A stretch of DNA of 64,000 nt, taken from positions 850 through 64,849 of the forward strand of contig PXUB01000037.1 of the NCBI GenBank assembly GCA_003009755.1. The letters run 5' to 3'. The notes under the pieces were generated by a model. That model saw only the letters and a program-made list of their open reading frames with translations, was not told where the DNA came from and did not search any database. The stretch comes from Thermoplasmatales archaeon SW_10_69_26. Lineage in GTDB: Archaea > Thermoplasmatota > SW-10-69-26. Position 1 is the first letter of the stretch. Each line of letters starts with the position of its first letter. Positions 20,622 through 31,170 of this stretch are shown piece after piece. Position numbers and translations under genes: made by a program.

Positions 20622-23600
20622 GGACGGTCACCTCGATTTGGCCCCGGTCCACGGCGCCGATCTCGTCCTCGACCGTGAGCGTCACGTTGTAGCTGCCGGC
20701 CTGCTCGAAGGCGTGGACGGGGGCGCCCGCGGTGCTGGTGGCCCTGTCGTCGAAGTCCCAGGCGATGGCGGTGATCGGTTCGGGGCTCGAGGAGGCGTCC
20801 ACGAACTCGACGGGCTCGCCGACGGTCACGTTCGTGGCGTTGGCGGTGGGCGCAGCGACGAGGGCGTGGGGGCGCGGCGCGAACTGGACGCCGACCTCCG
20901 AGAGGGGCGTGGGGGTGGTGCGGTAGGTGACGCCGCTGGTGGTGTTCGACGACTGGGTTCCGATCGTGAACGTGGGGAGGTCGTAGGCCATCCAGGCGTC
21001 GGCCTCCTCGATCATGCACCTTGCCTTCCCGTCCTCGGTCAGGTGGAGCTGGACGGTGATGGAGCCCCCGTCTCCGGTCGGTACCTGTTGCCACTCGACG
21101 ACGAAGGCCCGGTTGGGCTCCTCGCCGACCGTCGCATAGCGCACGTCCGCCGGATCCGGCATCGATTCCCTGGGAGCGTAGGTTTGCGCGCAGTTCACCT
21201 CGTGGTCGGGCCCCCCGTCGTTTTCGCGGATGAAGGCACCGCTGAGCATCTCCTGGTCCGTGCAGTTCCCGATGCACGTGAGCCCGAAGTCCAGCACCCG
21301 CACTTCGGAGTGGTCGTCCCCGTACCAGGTGAAGTTGAACGGGAGCTGGAGGGGGCCTGACGCGTCCGTGCTATAGACGAAGAAGTCCGTGGAGAGGTCC
21401 TCGAACGTGAGCGAGGTCCCGTCGCTGGTGTCGGCCCAGTCGAAGGGGATCTCGGTGCACGTGTACCCGCCCACGTCGGGCCCGGTGTCCTGGCATCGGG
21501 GGGCGCGCGCCGTGGCGTCGGCCGGTTCGCCCTCGCCGGCGTCGTTGACGGCGGTGACGTGGTACTCTCTCTGTTCAAGGTAGTCGAGGCCTCGTTCCAT
21601 GTGGTGGCGCTGATCCTCGTCGAACGCGGTGACGAGGGTCTGGGTCCCGTCCGGGTTCACTTCGTAGAGGCGGTACGCGGTGACGGGGCCGGTGCCGGGG
21701 TCGGTGGGGGCGCCCCACTGGATCGTGACCTCTCGCGGCTGACCCGGCGGGGGCTCATCGGCCGGTGAATCGAACCGGTTGGCTCCCACCTTATCTTCGG
21801 AATCGGTGACCTCCGTGAGGTTCCACACCGGGCCCGGAGCCGTGGATGCATCGGTACTGGGGACGTGGGGGAGGTCGATCTGGAAGCCGCCGGCTCCCTT
21901 CGGGATCCGGGAGGTGTCCGTTCCCCGGCTGCCGTCGTAGTCCGCGTACGTGTCGGTTCCGCCTTGGTCGAGCAGCAGGCCCGCCCCGGGTTTCTCGGTG
22001 CTGGCGACCGGGTGGGGACCGATGAACTCGCAACCGGCCACCGGGTACAGGCACACCCGGTCGAAGACGAGGGTCGTCTTCCGGGGTGACCAGCTGGCTC
22101 CGTTGGCGCCCTGCGTGGTGGCCTGGTAGGTGTCGTCGCCGGCGTCGTCGCGCAGGAACCCGGTGCCCGACTGGGCCGCGCCGCCGTTGGTGGCGACGTT
22201 CTTGGCCTCGTAGGTATCGTCGCCGGCCCGGTCGTAGAGGAACCCGTTGCCTCCCCTGTAGCCGCCGCCGTTGCCCGCCTTGTCGGCGGTGTAGCGGGTT
22301 GCTCGTCCGTTCTGAAGGGGACGAAGGTTAGCGGACTGGACCCGGCGCTTCCCCCGTTCACCGCTATGTCGTCCGGCCTCTCGAAGCTACTCGCGGCGTG
22401 GTAACCGTCGTCGCCGGCCCCGTCGACTAGGAAACCCAAGGCGCGTCCGTAGCCGCCCCCGTTGGACCACGAGCTCCCCTCGTACGTGTCGTTGCCGGCC
22501 ACGTCGACGAGGCTTCCGATGGCTCTCCCGAACGCTCCGGCGCCGTTGCTGAGTCCACCCCCGACGTAGCGGTCGTTGCCGCCTCCATCGAAGAGGAACC
22601 CGGAGTCGCCCTGGGAGCCTCCGTTGGTCGTTTGCCCGGTGGGGGCGAAGAGGCAGTTCCGCCCGGTGATGTACGCGTCGTCCCCGCCGGCGTCCGCGAG
22701 GTAGCCCTGCCCGTAGATCGCGGCACCGTTCACCCCGTACTTGCAGGTTGTGTAGGTCTCGTCGGCGTCACCGCCGTCGTAGAGGAACCCGAACCCTCCG
22801 AAAAAGGCCCCCCCGTTGGTGGCGTAGATCGGGGCGTGGTAGGTGTCCTGGCCCACCCGGTCAACCAGGAACCCCGCGGGTGTGGTATCGGTGGATTCGA
22901 GGACGCCGCCGTTGGCGCCCTCTCCCCGCTGGGCCTCGTAGCGGTCGTCGCCGCCGGTGTCCACCAGGAGGCCGCTTCCCTCGAGGACTACGGCCCCGTT
23001 CACGCCTTGGAGGGGGGCCGTGTAGGTGTCGTCGGCTTCGCCGTCGTCGACGAGAGCGCCTACGCCTAAGGCGCCGCCGCCGTTCACGCCATAGAGGCCA
23101 CCGGTGTAGCGATCCTCGCCCTCGGTGTCGACCAGCAGGCCGATCCCGTGGACCCAGCGGGGTTGGACGCCCAGCTGGCCCATCACGTTTGCGCCGCCGT
23201 TGACGCCGCGCGATCCTCCGTCGTAGGCGTCGCCGCCGTCGTGGTCGACGAGCGTGCCCAGGCCGCTGGCGCCGCCGCCGTTGACGCCCTTGCCCCGGAC
23301 CTGGTATGTGTCCGATCCGTCGCCGTCGACGAGCAGGCCCGCGCCTAGCGCGTGGCCGCCGCCGTTGGTGCCGAAGTCGCCGGCCTGGTAAGCGTCCTGG
23401 CCGTCGGCGTCGACGAGCAGGCCGGTGCCGCCCAGCGAGGCGCCGCCGTTGACGCCCAGCGAGTTCAACAGCTTGAAGCAGCCCTGGTAGCCCTGGTAGT
23501 CGGGACGGTCGCCGGCGAGGGTGGCCTCGAGCGTGGCGTGGGTGTCGACGATCCCGTAGCCGAGGTCGGCGTTGCAGCCGTCCTCGGGGGGCGCGGGTTG

Positions 23601-26222
23601 GGCGTTGTCCCGGAGCAGTTGGCGGAGTTGCTTGTTCGTGAGGTCGTCGGCCTGGCTCCAGGCCAGCGCGGCGGTGGCGCTGACGTGGGGGGCGGCCATG
23701 CTGGTACCGTTGAGGACCCTGTACCCCGAGTCATCGCAGTAGTAAGGACCCTCACCGCGGTAAGGGCCAAGGAAGGGAGGCTCGTCTTCGACGCAGGCAG
23801 GGAGGGTGCTGAGCACGGCATCGCCAGGCGCGGCCAACTCGGCGTTGGGTCCATAACTGGAGTACCCGCACCGGGTCGCGTTCTCGTTGGTGCACGTGAC
23901 CGCGATCACCTCGTCGTAGGCGGCCGGGTACCTCACGCAGTCGTAGCACCCACTGTTGCCGGCGGCCGCGACCAGCAGGGCCCCCTCCTCCCAGACGTCG
24001 TGGACGGCCTGACGGATGGCGCTGTGGTCCAGGGTGGTGGTGATGCTCATGCTGATGACGTCCCCGCCGTTTTCGACACACCAGTGGAGCCCTTGGACCA
24101 CGTCGCTGACGAAGCCGCGACCGTCCTCGTTGAGGACCTTGGCGGCCATCAGGCCGGTGTGGGCGGTGCCGGCGACGCCTGTCTCGTTGTCGATGGTGGC
24201 GGTGGCGATGCCGGTGACGTGCGTCCCGTGGCCGTAGTCGTCCATCGGGTCCTCGTCGTCGTTGTGGAAGTCGTGGCCGGCCAGCAGGCGGTCTTCGGCG
24301 ATGTCCTCGTGCGTGTAGTCGACGCCCGAGTCCAGGATGCACACGGATTCGGAGGTGTCGCCGTTGGTGGTCTCCCAGGCGTCGGGTGCGTTGACCTGCT
24401 GGGGAGCATATTGGTCGTCGTAGAGCGGGTCGTTGGGGGTGGAGGCGGCGTGGACTTTCGCGTCGGGTTCCACGTAGCGGACGTTGGCGTCCTGTCGAGC
24501 CTCGGCCGGGAAGGTGACCGGATCCTCGGCTTCGACGACGAGGATCTCCTGCTCGGGCAGGGTGTCGAGGACGGTGGCGTTCTCGTAGGTGTCGCCCACC
24601 GACAATCCGGGGTTGTCTTGGTAGCCGACGAGGTAGCGGTCGGTCATGGCCTCGTTGCTGGCGGCCATGCCGGTGGGGTTCTGCCGGGCGGTCTCCTCGA
24701 TGCTCTCCGGGACGTGGCCGGCCGCGGTGTCGGGTTGGTAGGTGTCGTCCCCGTGGGCGTCGATCAACAGGCCGCTGCCGGCGTAGCCGCCGCCGGTGGC
24801 GCCGCAACCGGCGGTGCTGACGTAGGTGTCGTCGCCGCTCACGTCCACGAGGGCGGCGGCGGTGCCGGTCTCGTTGAGGTCGCACTCAGGGGCCTCTTGG
24901 AGGTTGGAGCCGCCGGCGTTGTTCTCGTAGGTGTCGTCGCCGCCGGCGTCGACGACGAGCGCGTAGTCCTCGGTGTACGTGTCGTCACTCTCGCCTAGGT
25001 CGATCGCCAGCGCCGGCTGGATGTCCACGGGCGCGGTGGTCGTCACCGGCGTGGTTTCGGCGAGGGCCTGGTGGAGGTCGAGGGCGGTGTCGAGGACATC
25101 CTGGCGGGCGCCGAACACCTCGGCCAGGTCTAGGTTGGCGTCCGCGTGGGCGTCCGAGAGGGACTGGCGAGGGGTTTCCTCGAGCTTGGCGGGGTCGACG
25201 GGGAGCCTTGGGATCGCTTGGTCGGTCTCCCAAGGGTCCTCGTCCCCCATGGTGAGGTCCCCGAACTTGTCGTCGTACTGTGCGGGCGTCATGGGAGCCA
25301 TGCCCAGCCCGGCGGGGCCGTCGGTGTCGGCCGCGCGGGGGTGCAGTTGGGCCAGGTGGTCGGTGTCGGCGTCGGCGTAGGCGTCCTGTGTGGCGGTCTC
25401 GAAGGCGAGGAAGGCGTCGAGGTAGTCGGTGAGGGCCTCCCGCAGCGTCGGGGGGAGGTCGTCGAGGTGATCGAGGCTCTGGCGTTGGTCGAGGGTCGGC
25501 GTGGCGTCGTGGCGGTGGACGAGCTCGCGGGCGGCCTGGCTGGGCGAGGCGTGGTCCGGCGGGGTCACGTCGACCGGCTCGATGCCGAGCGTGTCGGCCT
25601 GGTGGCGTGTGGACTGTTGGGCGGATCGGATCGACCGCTCGACCTCGCTTGTGGTCTCGTCGTCGGCGGTGGCCAGCAGGTCCTCGGCGACGTCGAGGTG
25701 GGCCTGCTGTTGGGCGAGATGGGAGGTGTCGGTGTCGATGCGGTCCCGGCGGTCCTGCACCGCCGTGTGGGCGGTCGCGAGGGCTTGGTCGCGGTTGGTG
25801 AGGCTGGAGTCGTCCTCGATCGCCGTGAGGGCCCGGGTGAGGTCGACGTTGGCCAGCTGGGCATCGAGGACCTCGCCCAGGCCCGGGTCCAGGGGCCCGT
25901 TGTGAGCGAGGGCTTGGCGTTGCTCGAACGCGGTGGCTGCCGCTGTGAGGGTCTTCTCGGTCGGGGCCGCGGTGGGATCCTCGACGGTAGCGTCGAGGCG
26001 GTCGGCCAGATCCATGCTGGCCTGCTGGGCGTCGGGCAGGTCCACGGGAACCTCCGCCGCATCCGATCTGGCTGTGGGGTCGATGGTTTCCGTCTCCGTG
26101 GGGGCCTCGTCGGTTCCGGGGGTGAAGACCCCGGCGCCGAGCCCGCTGATGGCGGGGGAGAGGGTGACGACGAGGGCCAGGGCGAGGACGGTGAGCGTGG
26201 AGTGGGTTGGGTTCGTGGTCAT
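20611..26222 (-). CDS. giant secreted subtilisin-like (S8) serine peptidase with VNGG/DxY tandem repeats and C-terminal FN3/PKD domains; apparent frameshift near 22290-22385
   Basis: ATG at 26222 with signal peptide ([27 protein letters not shown]). S8 catalytic triad context: D in ILDSGVD, H in HGTHVTG, S in GTSMAAPH. More than 20 copies of a ~27-aa G-x-NGG-x3-G-x-G-x-L-x-D-x2-G-x-D-x-Y repeat. Reading continues in a second frame (ORF 20611..22056), which carries more repeats plus PKD/FN3-like sequence (...[35 protein letters not shown]...). Confidence 0.65.
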
Positions 26223-27649
26223 GGGGACGTGCCTCCTGGGGTGGGTCGGTCGTGGTCGAGTTGGGCGCCGACGAGGCCCTTGGGGACGACCGTTTTGTCG
26301 GTGCCGGTGCCGCCCTCGAAGTCCTCGTAGGTGTCGGTGCCGTTCCCGTCGTACAACAGGCCCACACCGACGGGGACGTATTGATCAGTGACGAGAGAGT
26401 CGTAGTTGCCGTCGGTGGCGTGGCCGTTGACGGCGGTGACGGTGGCCTCGTAGCGGTCGTTGCCGTCGAGGTCGACGAGCAGGCCGGCGCCGGCCAGCCC
26501 GCCGCCGTTGGTTCCGTCCGATCCTGCGGTGTAGGTGTCGTGGCCGTCGGCGTCGAGCAGGGCGCCCGACCCGCCAAAGGCCACGCCGCCATTGGTCCCG
26601 GCTCCGTCGGCGAGGTAGGTGTCGTCTCCGTCGGCGTCGAGGAGGAACCCGTGGCCGCCGAAGTTGGCTCCCCCGTTCACGCCGCTGGCGGTGCCGACGT
26701 AGGTGTCGTTGCCCCCTTCGTCGAGGAGGGCCCCGACCCCGGAGTGCACGGCGCCCCCGTTCACGCCGCCCCTCCGTTTACCCGTGGGATCGTCGAAGAT
26801 GGCGGGATCGCCGTACTCGTCGTCGCCGTCGCCGAGGTCGACGAGCGCGGCGGGGTTGAGCCGGTAGACTCCAGGAATGGCCACCAGGTTGCTGGTTCCA
26901 CCGGCGTTGTTGTGGTAGGTGTCCTCGCCCCCGACGTCGATGGAGAGTCGGACGTCTTCCGTGTACGTGGCATCGCAGCCCTCCACGTCGAGCGCCAGCA
27001 CGCCGACGGAACCGACGATCGGATTGTCGGGCGTCTCGATGACGAGGGGCTCGCACGCGCTGGCGGTATCCGCCGGCATCCCGGGAGTGGTTTGGACGGC
27101 TCTGTGGAGGTCCTGGACCTCGTCGAGCAGACCGTTTCGGGCGGCGAAGACGCTCCCTGGGTCGCTGTCGGTGGAGGCCGCGCCGAGGACGAGGAACGCG
27201 TCGATCACGTCGGTGAGCTCGGTGCGGAAGGGCTCATCAAGGGTGTCCAGCTCGCGGACCTGGTCCAGGTCGTCGTCTGCAAGCGTTGCGTCGTGCTGGT
27301 CCGCGAGCGCGAGCACGGCGGCGCTCGGCGAATCATGCTCGATCGTCGGAAGGTCCACCGCGAGCCCATCGCCGAGCGTGGAGGCCTGGTGCTCGCCGAC
27401 GAGCTTGCCCAGCTCGATCGCCTCGGCGAAGGAGACGTCCTCGCCGGCCTCGTCCTGGAAGTGCTGGATCGCGGTCGGGAGCCCGTCGTAGGCCTCGACG
27501 GACGCGTCGGCGGCCGGGGCGCCCGAGCCCGACGACGATGGGCTCGGGGAGACGGCGGCGGTGGCCGGGACGGTGACGAGGGCGATCGCGGCGGCGAGCA
27601 CGGCAAGGCGGCGGGGCGACTCGATGAGCAAGCCTGCGGCCTCCGTCAC
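26219..27649 (-). CDS. secreted VNGG/DxY-repeat protein, paralogue of the N-terminal module of the giant protease; Tat-type signal
   Basis: 476 aa, GTG at 27649. SPRRLAVLAAAIALV looks like a twin-arginine signal. The helical region is homologous to the giant protein (LADQHDATLADDDLDQVRELDTLDEPFRTELTDVIDAFLV vs [40 protein letters not shown]). About 8 VNGG repeats. Stop overlaps the giant gene ATG (ATGA). Confidence 0.7.
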   Translation of the reverse strand: MTEAAGLLIESPRRLAVLAAAIALVTVPATAAVSPSPSSSGSGAPAADASVEAYDGLPTAIQHFQDEAGEDVSFAEAIELGKLVGEHQASTLGDGLAVDLPTIEHDSPSAAVLALADQHDATLADDDLDQVRELDTLDEPFRTELTDVIDAFLVLGAASTDSDPGSVFAARNGLLDEVQDLHRAVQTTPGMPADTASACEPLVIETPDNPIVGSVGVLALDVEGCDATYTEDVRLSIDVGGEDTYHNNAGGTSNLVAIPGVYRLNPAALVDLGDGDDEYGDPAIFDDPTGKRRGGVNGGAVHSGVGALLDEGGNDTYVGTASGVNGGANFGGHGFLLDADGDDTYLADGAGTNGGVAFGGSGALLDADGHDTYTAGSDGTNGGGLAGAGLLVDLDGNDRYEATVTAVNGHATDGNYDSLVTDQYVPVGVGLLYDGNGTDTYEDFEGGTGTDKTVVPKGLVGAQLDHDRPTPGGTSP

Positions 27650-27727
27650 AGGGAGCGGGCCAGTGCACGGTTAAGCGTTGCTTGACAAAATCGCATATTC
27701 CTCGCCCGCGAGGGGTCTCGCGACGCC
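27556..27727. repeat. direct repeat copy A (promoter + first ~30 codons of the 476-aa gene)
   Basis: 134 bp near-identical to 28835-28968 (2 mismatches read). Similarity continues, more diverged, for about 40 further bp. Confidence 0.7.
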
Positions 27728-27855
27728 GCCACGACCCGAGGATCCGCGTAGCGAGGCCCGCCGGGCCCTCGCCGCTGGCCGCACGTCGGCGAGCACGGGA
27801 ACGTCCAGGTCTTCGACGACGTCCGGTAGCCAGCGAACCCTCCCGGGCCCGAGCG

Positions 27856-28380
27856 TTACCTGTCGAGGTGCCGGCGAGCCAGAACCTCCAGCACCCCACC
27901 CTCCCAACCGCGGGCTTCGATGATCTCGTCCACGAGACGACGAGCCTGCGTCGTCGACAGCTCGCCCCGCTTCCTCGACTCGACGATCACGGCCACCGAG
28001 ATGCGAAGCCGGATGCCGTGCGCCATCGCCTCGTCCCTCAGCCCGGCGATCGCCCGCGCGTCGTCCGTGACAAGGACCTCGGCCTTCGACTCCCGGCAGG
28101 CCTGCAAGCAGGCAGCCTCCGCTGGCTGAACCCGGTTGGAGACGAGCGCTTCCATCGTCTCCGTAGCCTGGATGGAGAACACCTCGATCCCGCCCCCATC
28201 GATCCGAGACAGAACGCGCTCGGCCGCGGCGGCCTCCTCGTCGTCGAACCCGGCGAGATCCTCGAGCTCGGAAACCACCCTTCCCACGGTTGCGAGGTCG
28301 ACGAACGCGATCCGGTCGAGCAGATCCACCAGCTCGAGCGTGAGGAGCGCACTGGTGTCAGCAACGACACCCCGACTCAT
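27856..28380 (-). CDS. PIN-domain protein (VapC-like toxin candidate)
   Basis: 174 aa. N-terminal VVADTSALL resembles the PIN beta1 Asp motif, with later conserved acidic residues. ATG overlaps the stop of the upstream RHH gene (ATGA). Family assignment is by motif only. Confidence 0.5.
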   Translation of the reverse strand: MSRGVVADTSALLTLELVDLLDRIAFVDLATVGRVVSELEDLAGFDDEEAAAAERVLSRIDGGGIEVFSIQATETMEALVSNRVQPAEAACLQACRESKAEVLVTDDARAIAGLRDEAMAHGIRLRISVAVIVESRKRGELSTTQARRLVDEIIEARGWEGGVLEVLARRHLDR

Positions 28381-28661
28381 AACCCATCGTCGAAGGAGCG
28401 TTCGGCGACGTCCGTGTAATAGGCCACCGTCTTCGCTTCCTCGAACCCCAGGATCTGGACCAGGTCGTCGAACCCGATCTTCCCCTCGGCGAAGCGCTCG
28501 GATGCAAGCCCGCGGATCTCCGAGAGGCTTTGCTCCTTGTCGAGGTAGTCCTGAAGCGCCTCCCGAACGAGATCGGACTTGTTCGCGTGCTTCTCGGCCG
28601 CCAGTTCCTGGAGCCGCCGCGAGAGCTCCTCTTCCAAGCGCACCGTGAGGACGCTACCCAT
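28377..28661 (-). CDS. ribbon-helix-helix (CopG/RHH) antitoxin-like DNA-binding protein
   Basis: 94 aa. N-terminal RHH pattern LTVRLEEELSRRLQELAAEKHANKSDLVREALQDYL. An unusually AT-rich putative promoter lies immediately upstream (28662-28700). Confidence 0.65.
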   Translation of the reverse strand: MGSVLTVRLEEELSRRLQELAAEKHANKSDLVREALQDYLDKEQSLSEIRGLASERFAEGKIGFDDLVQILGFEEAKTVAYYTDVAERSFDDGL

Positions 28662-28793
28662 GAAGGCGTATTACGTTGTCATACTTTCATAAGCGTTTCG
28701 GCGCGTTCGGCGATGTTGGAAAGCGAGGTCGGCCACCGACCCAGCCCGGCGGAGGTAGGGTGTGACCTGGCCCCCGGCCCTCGCCCGAGCGGG

Positions 28794-28928
28794 TCAGCTC
28801 CGGGGAGATCGCTCGTCCTCCGCGGGGAGGAGGTCGGCGGTGGCCGGGACGGTGACGAGGGCGATCGCGGCGGCGAGCACGGCAAGGCGGCGGGGCGACT
28901 CGATGAGCAAGCCTGCGGCCTCCGTCAC
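28794..28928 (-). pseudogene. duplicated 5' fragment (44 codons) of the 476-aa repeat-protein gene
   Basis: Encodes MTEAAGLLIESPRRLAVLAAAIALVTVPATA then diverges and stops. It lies inside direct-repeat copy B. Confidence 0.55.
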
Positions 28929-29018
28929 CGGGAGCGGGCCCGTGCACGGTTAAGCGTTGCTTGACAAAGTTGCTTGACAAAAGCACAACTATTCCACGCC
29001 CGTGAGGGGCCGACCCCC
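28835..29018. repeat. direct repeat copy B, with an internal 13-bp tandem duplication (gttgcttgacaaa x2 at 28956-28981)
   Basis: See copy A. The tandem 13-mer is absent from copy A. Confidence 0.7.
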
Positions 29019-29088
29019 GGAATATCCGATACTGTTCACCAGAAACGCCTAAGGCCGCCCCCGCCCATCCCCCGACCGCAACCTCCCC

Positions 29089-30762
29089 ATGAGAAGCGCC
29101 GAGATCGTCGTTGGAGCCCTCCTCCTCGTCTCCGGGACGGCCATCCCGGGCCTCCCCATCCTCGAGGACGAGACCGCGACCAACTCCTCCGTCCGGGCCG
29201 AGGCCGTCTTCGAGACCGCCCAGTACGCCGGCCCCGCCGAGATCGAGGCGGACGGCGGCGCATTATGGAGCGAGGGGAGCCTCGAGGCGACGATCGTCGC
29301 CGAGTCGGTGACGGTGACCCGCTACGTCTGGGAGGGCGCCCACGTCGACACCTGGACCGGCCAGGAGGACGGCCTCTGGGCCTCGACGCACCATGGCAAG
29401 GGGACCACCGAGCGCTCGGCGACGACGTACGAGAACGCCACCATCCGGATCGACACGACGTCCGAGGCCGTGATGTCCGCCTGGCCCAACGCCACCCGCG
29501 GGCCCACGACGTTCGCCGCCGACCTCGCCGCCGACGAGACCCCGCCCATCGTCGCCTCCCCCAGCGGGACCATCCTCTGGCTGCTGTACTCGGGGTTCGA
29601 CCACCACGTCGAGGGACCCCTCTTCGCCCTCGGCCACAACGGCGGCCGTATCCACGACGCCTGGGTCGAGGACGCGGAGATCGAGCAGCTTGGCATCCAA
29701 GGCGCCCTCGACCTGAACGTGCTGGGCGGTAAGGTTACCGTGGAGACCGACGACGGGACGGACACCTATCGGACCGGCGTCGAGCAGACCGAGACCGAGA
29801 CGGACGTCCACGAGAACACGGTCAGGACCAAGCGCGTCCACGCCCTCGTCCACGTCACCGACGCCACCTTCCGGACGTCGATGGGCGAGGCCGAGAGCGT
29901 GTTCCTCGCCCAGGAGCCCACCTGGACGATCAACGGGAGCCTGCGGATGGACGCCCGGGAGGGCGAGGTCCGGACCGGTGCCGAGGACGCGACGCTCGAC
30001 AACGACACGCTCGCCGTCCTAGGCAACACGACCCTGGACCTGGCGGCCCAGGGCGAGACGCCGGACCCCTCGGACCCCCAGCCGTACCCGCGGGAGGAGC
30101 GCCCGACCCGGCCCATCGAGGCCGAGATGACCAGCGACGCCGACCAGGTGAGCGTCGACGGCCAGACGCACGACCTGCCGGAGCCGTTTCTCGTCATTGC
30201 CACGCAGAATCCCGTCGAACAGGAGGGCACCTTCCGGCCGCATCCACGAGCACATCCTGGAGGCCGGCATGGCCCACGTCCGCCGCGTCGCCCGCGACCT
30301 CGAGATCCCGGTCTCGTCGGCCATGTACCACTTGCGCGTGCTCCGCGAGGCTGGCCTGCTCGTCCGGGTGAAGCGCGAGGGGTACACCGTCTACTTCTCG
30401 TGCGACCGCTTCGACGTCGACGAGAAGAAGCGTCTGGCCCTGCTTGCCGGCGGCCCCCGCCGCGATATCGCCTCCACGCTCGCCGAGCGGGGCGCCATGA
30501 CCCAGGCGGCCCTCGCCGAGCTGCTCGAGGTGAGCCAGTCGACGGTCTCCAGGCAGATCGCCAAGCTCGAGGAGGCCGGTCTCGTCGAGGGGAACGGGAA
30601 CCACGGCATCCGGTACCGGCCCGCCGGCCTGCTTCGGGAGTGGCTCGGGCTGGAGAGCGAGGGCGCAGGTGGGGCGGGATCGGGCGGCGAGTGAGGGCCT
30701 GGCCGGGCCCACCCCCGTTCATCGTCACCGGCTGGTTCTGCCGGCCACGTGAACGTTCTTGA
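29089..30762 (+). CDS. secreted hypothetical protein whose 3' region is chimeric (in-frame MoxR-like fragment, then out-of-frame run into the ArsR gene); probably disrupted
   Basis: ATG at 29089. Signal peptide [21 protein letters not shown]. About 340 coherent acidic residues. From about 30130 the frame encodes [31 protein letters not shown], homologous to this genome's MoxR ([31 protein letters not shown]). After that the translation becomes Arg/Pro-rich frame noise. Confidence 0.4.
   Translation: MRSAEIVVGALLLVSGTAIPGLPILEDETATNSSVRAEAVFETAQYAGPAEIEADGGALWSEGSLEATIVAESVTVTRYVWEGAHVDTWTGQEDGLWASTHHGKGTTERSATTYENATIRIDTTSEAVMSAWPNATRGPTTFAADLAADETPPIVASPSGTILWLLYSGFDHHVEGPLFALGHNGGRIHDAWVEDAEIEQLGIQGALDLNVLGGKVTVETDDGTDTYRTGVEQTETETDVHENTVRTKRVHALVHVTDATFRTSMGEAESVFLAQEPTWTINGSLRMDAREGEVRTGAEDATLDNDTLAVLGNTTLDLAAQGETPDPSDPQPYPREERPTRPIEAEMTSDADQVSVDGQTHDLPEPFLVIATQNPVEQEGTFRPHPRAHPGGRHGPRPPRRPRPRDPGLVGHVPLARAPRGWPARPGEARGVHRLLLVRPLRRRREEASGPACRRPPPRYRLHARRAGRHDPGGPRRAARGEPVDGLQADRQARGGRSRRGEREPRHPVPARRPASGVARAGERGRRWGGIGRRVRAWPGPPPFIVTGWFCRPRERS
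30130..30234 (+). pseudogene. MoxR AAA+ ATPase gene fragment (~35 codons)
   Basis: Homology to the central region of the intact MoxR at 40509-41480. No ATPase N-terminus or C-terminus is present. Confidence 0.5.
30197..30694 (+). CDS. ArsR/SmtB-family winged-helix transcriptional regulator, apparently 5'-truncated
   Basis: ...[54 protein letters not shown]... matches the ArsR HTH. A second wHTH-like segment ([41 protein letters not shown]) follows. There is no ATG; only a TTG at 30197, directly after the MoxR fragment. Confidence 0.5.
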   Translation: MPRRIPSNRRAPSGRIHEHILEAGMAHVRRVARDLEIPVSSAMYHLRVLREAGLLVRVKREGYTVYFSCDRFDVDEKKRLALLAGGPRRDIASTLAERGAMTQAALAELLEVSQSTVSRQIAKLEEAGLVEGNGNHGIRYRPAGLLREWLGLESEGAGGAGSGGE

Positions 30763-30843
30763 GGGCCCGGGCGGGGCGGTCTCGGCCACGAGGCGGCGCG
30801 GCGGCGCCGCTTCTCCGCGCAACGCCTCTGAACCCAAGACGAG

Positions 30844-31150
30844 TTGGTCTGGCTCAAGGAACCCAAGTTCCACGACGAGCGGGACCGCCTGCTCCGCCAA
30901 CGCGTCCTCCACATCGACGCCCTCGAGGAACGCAAAGCCATCCTCGAGCCCCTCCTCGCGGGGTTGGCGTTAGAGGACGAGCCGGCGCACTGGTTGATGA
31001 GCATCCCCGGGTGCCGGTGGTACCTGGCGATGTACATCCTCAGCGAGGTCGGCACCATCAATCGGTTCGACAGCGTGGACGCGTTCAAGAAGTACAGCGC
31101 GTGCTGTCCCCGCAAGCAACCCACGGGCGGCCGGCAGGACCCGTACGGGG
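30844..31150 (+). pseudogene. IS110-family transposase C-terminal fragment
   Basis: LMSIPGCRWYLAMYILSEVGTINRFDSVDAFKKYSACCPRKQPTGGRQ matches the conserved IS110 C-terminal motif (L.SIPG.G...A......G...RF.S.....Y.G..P....SG). No DEDD N-terminal domain. Confidence 0.5.
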
Positions 31151-31170
31151 TGGTCCAGCATGGGCCGCTG

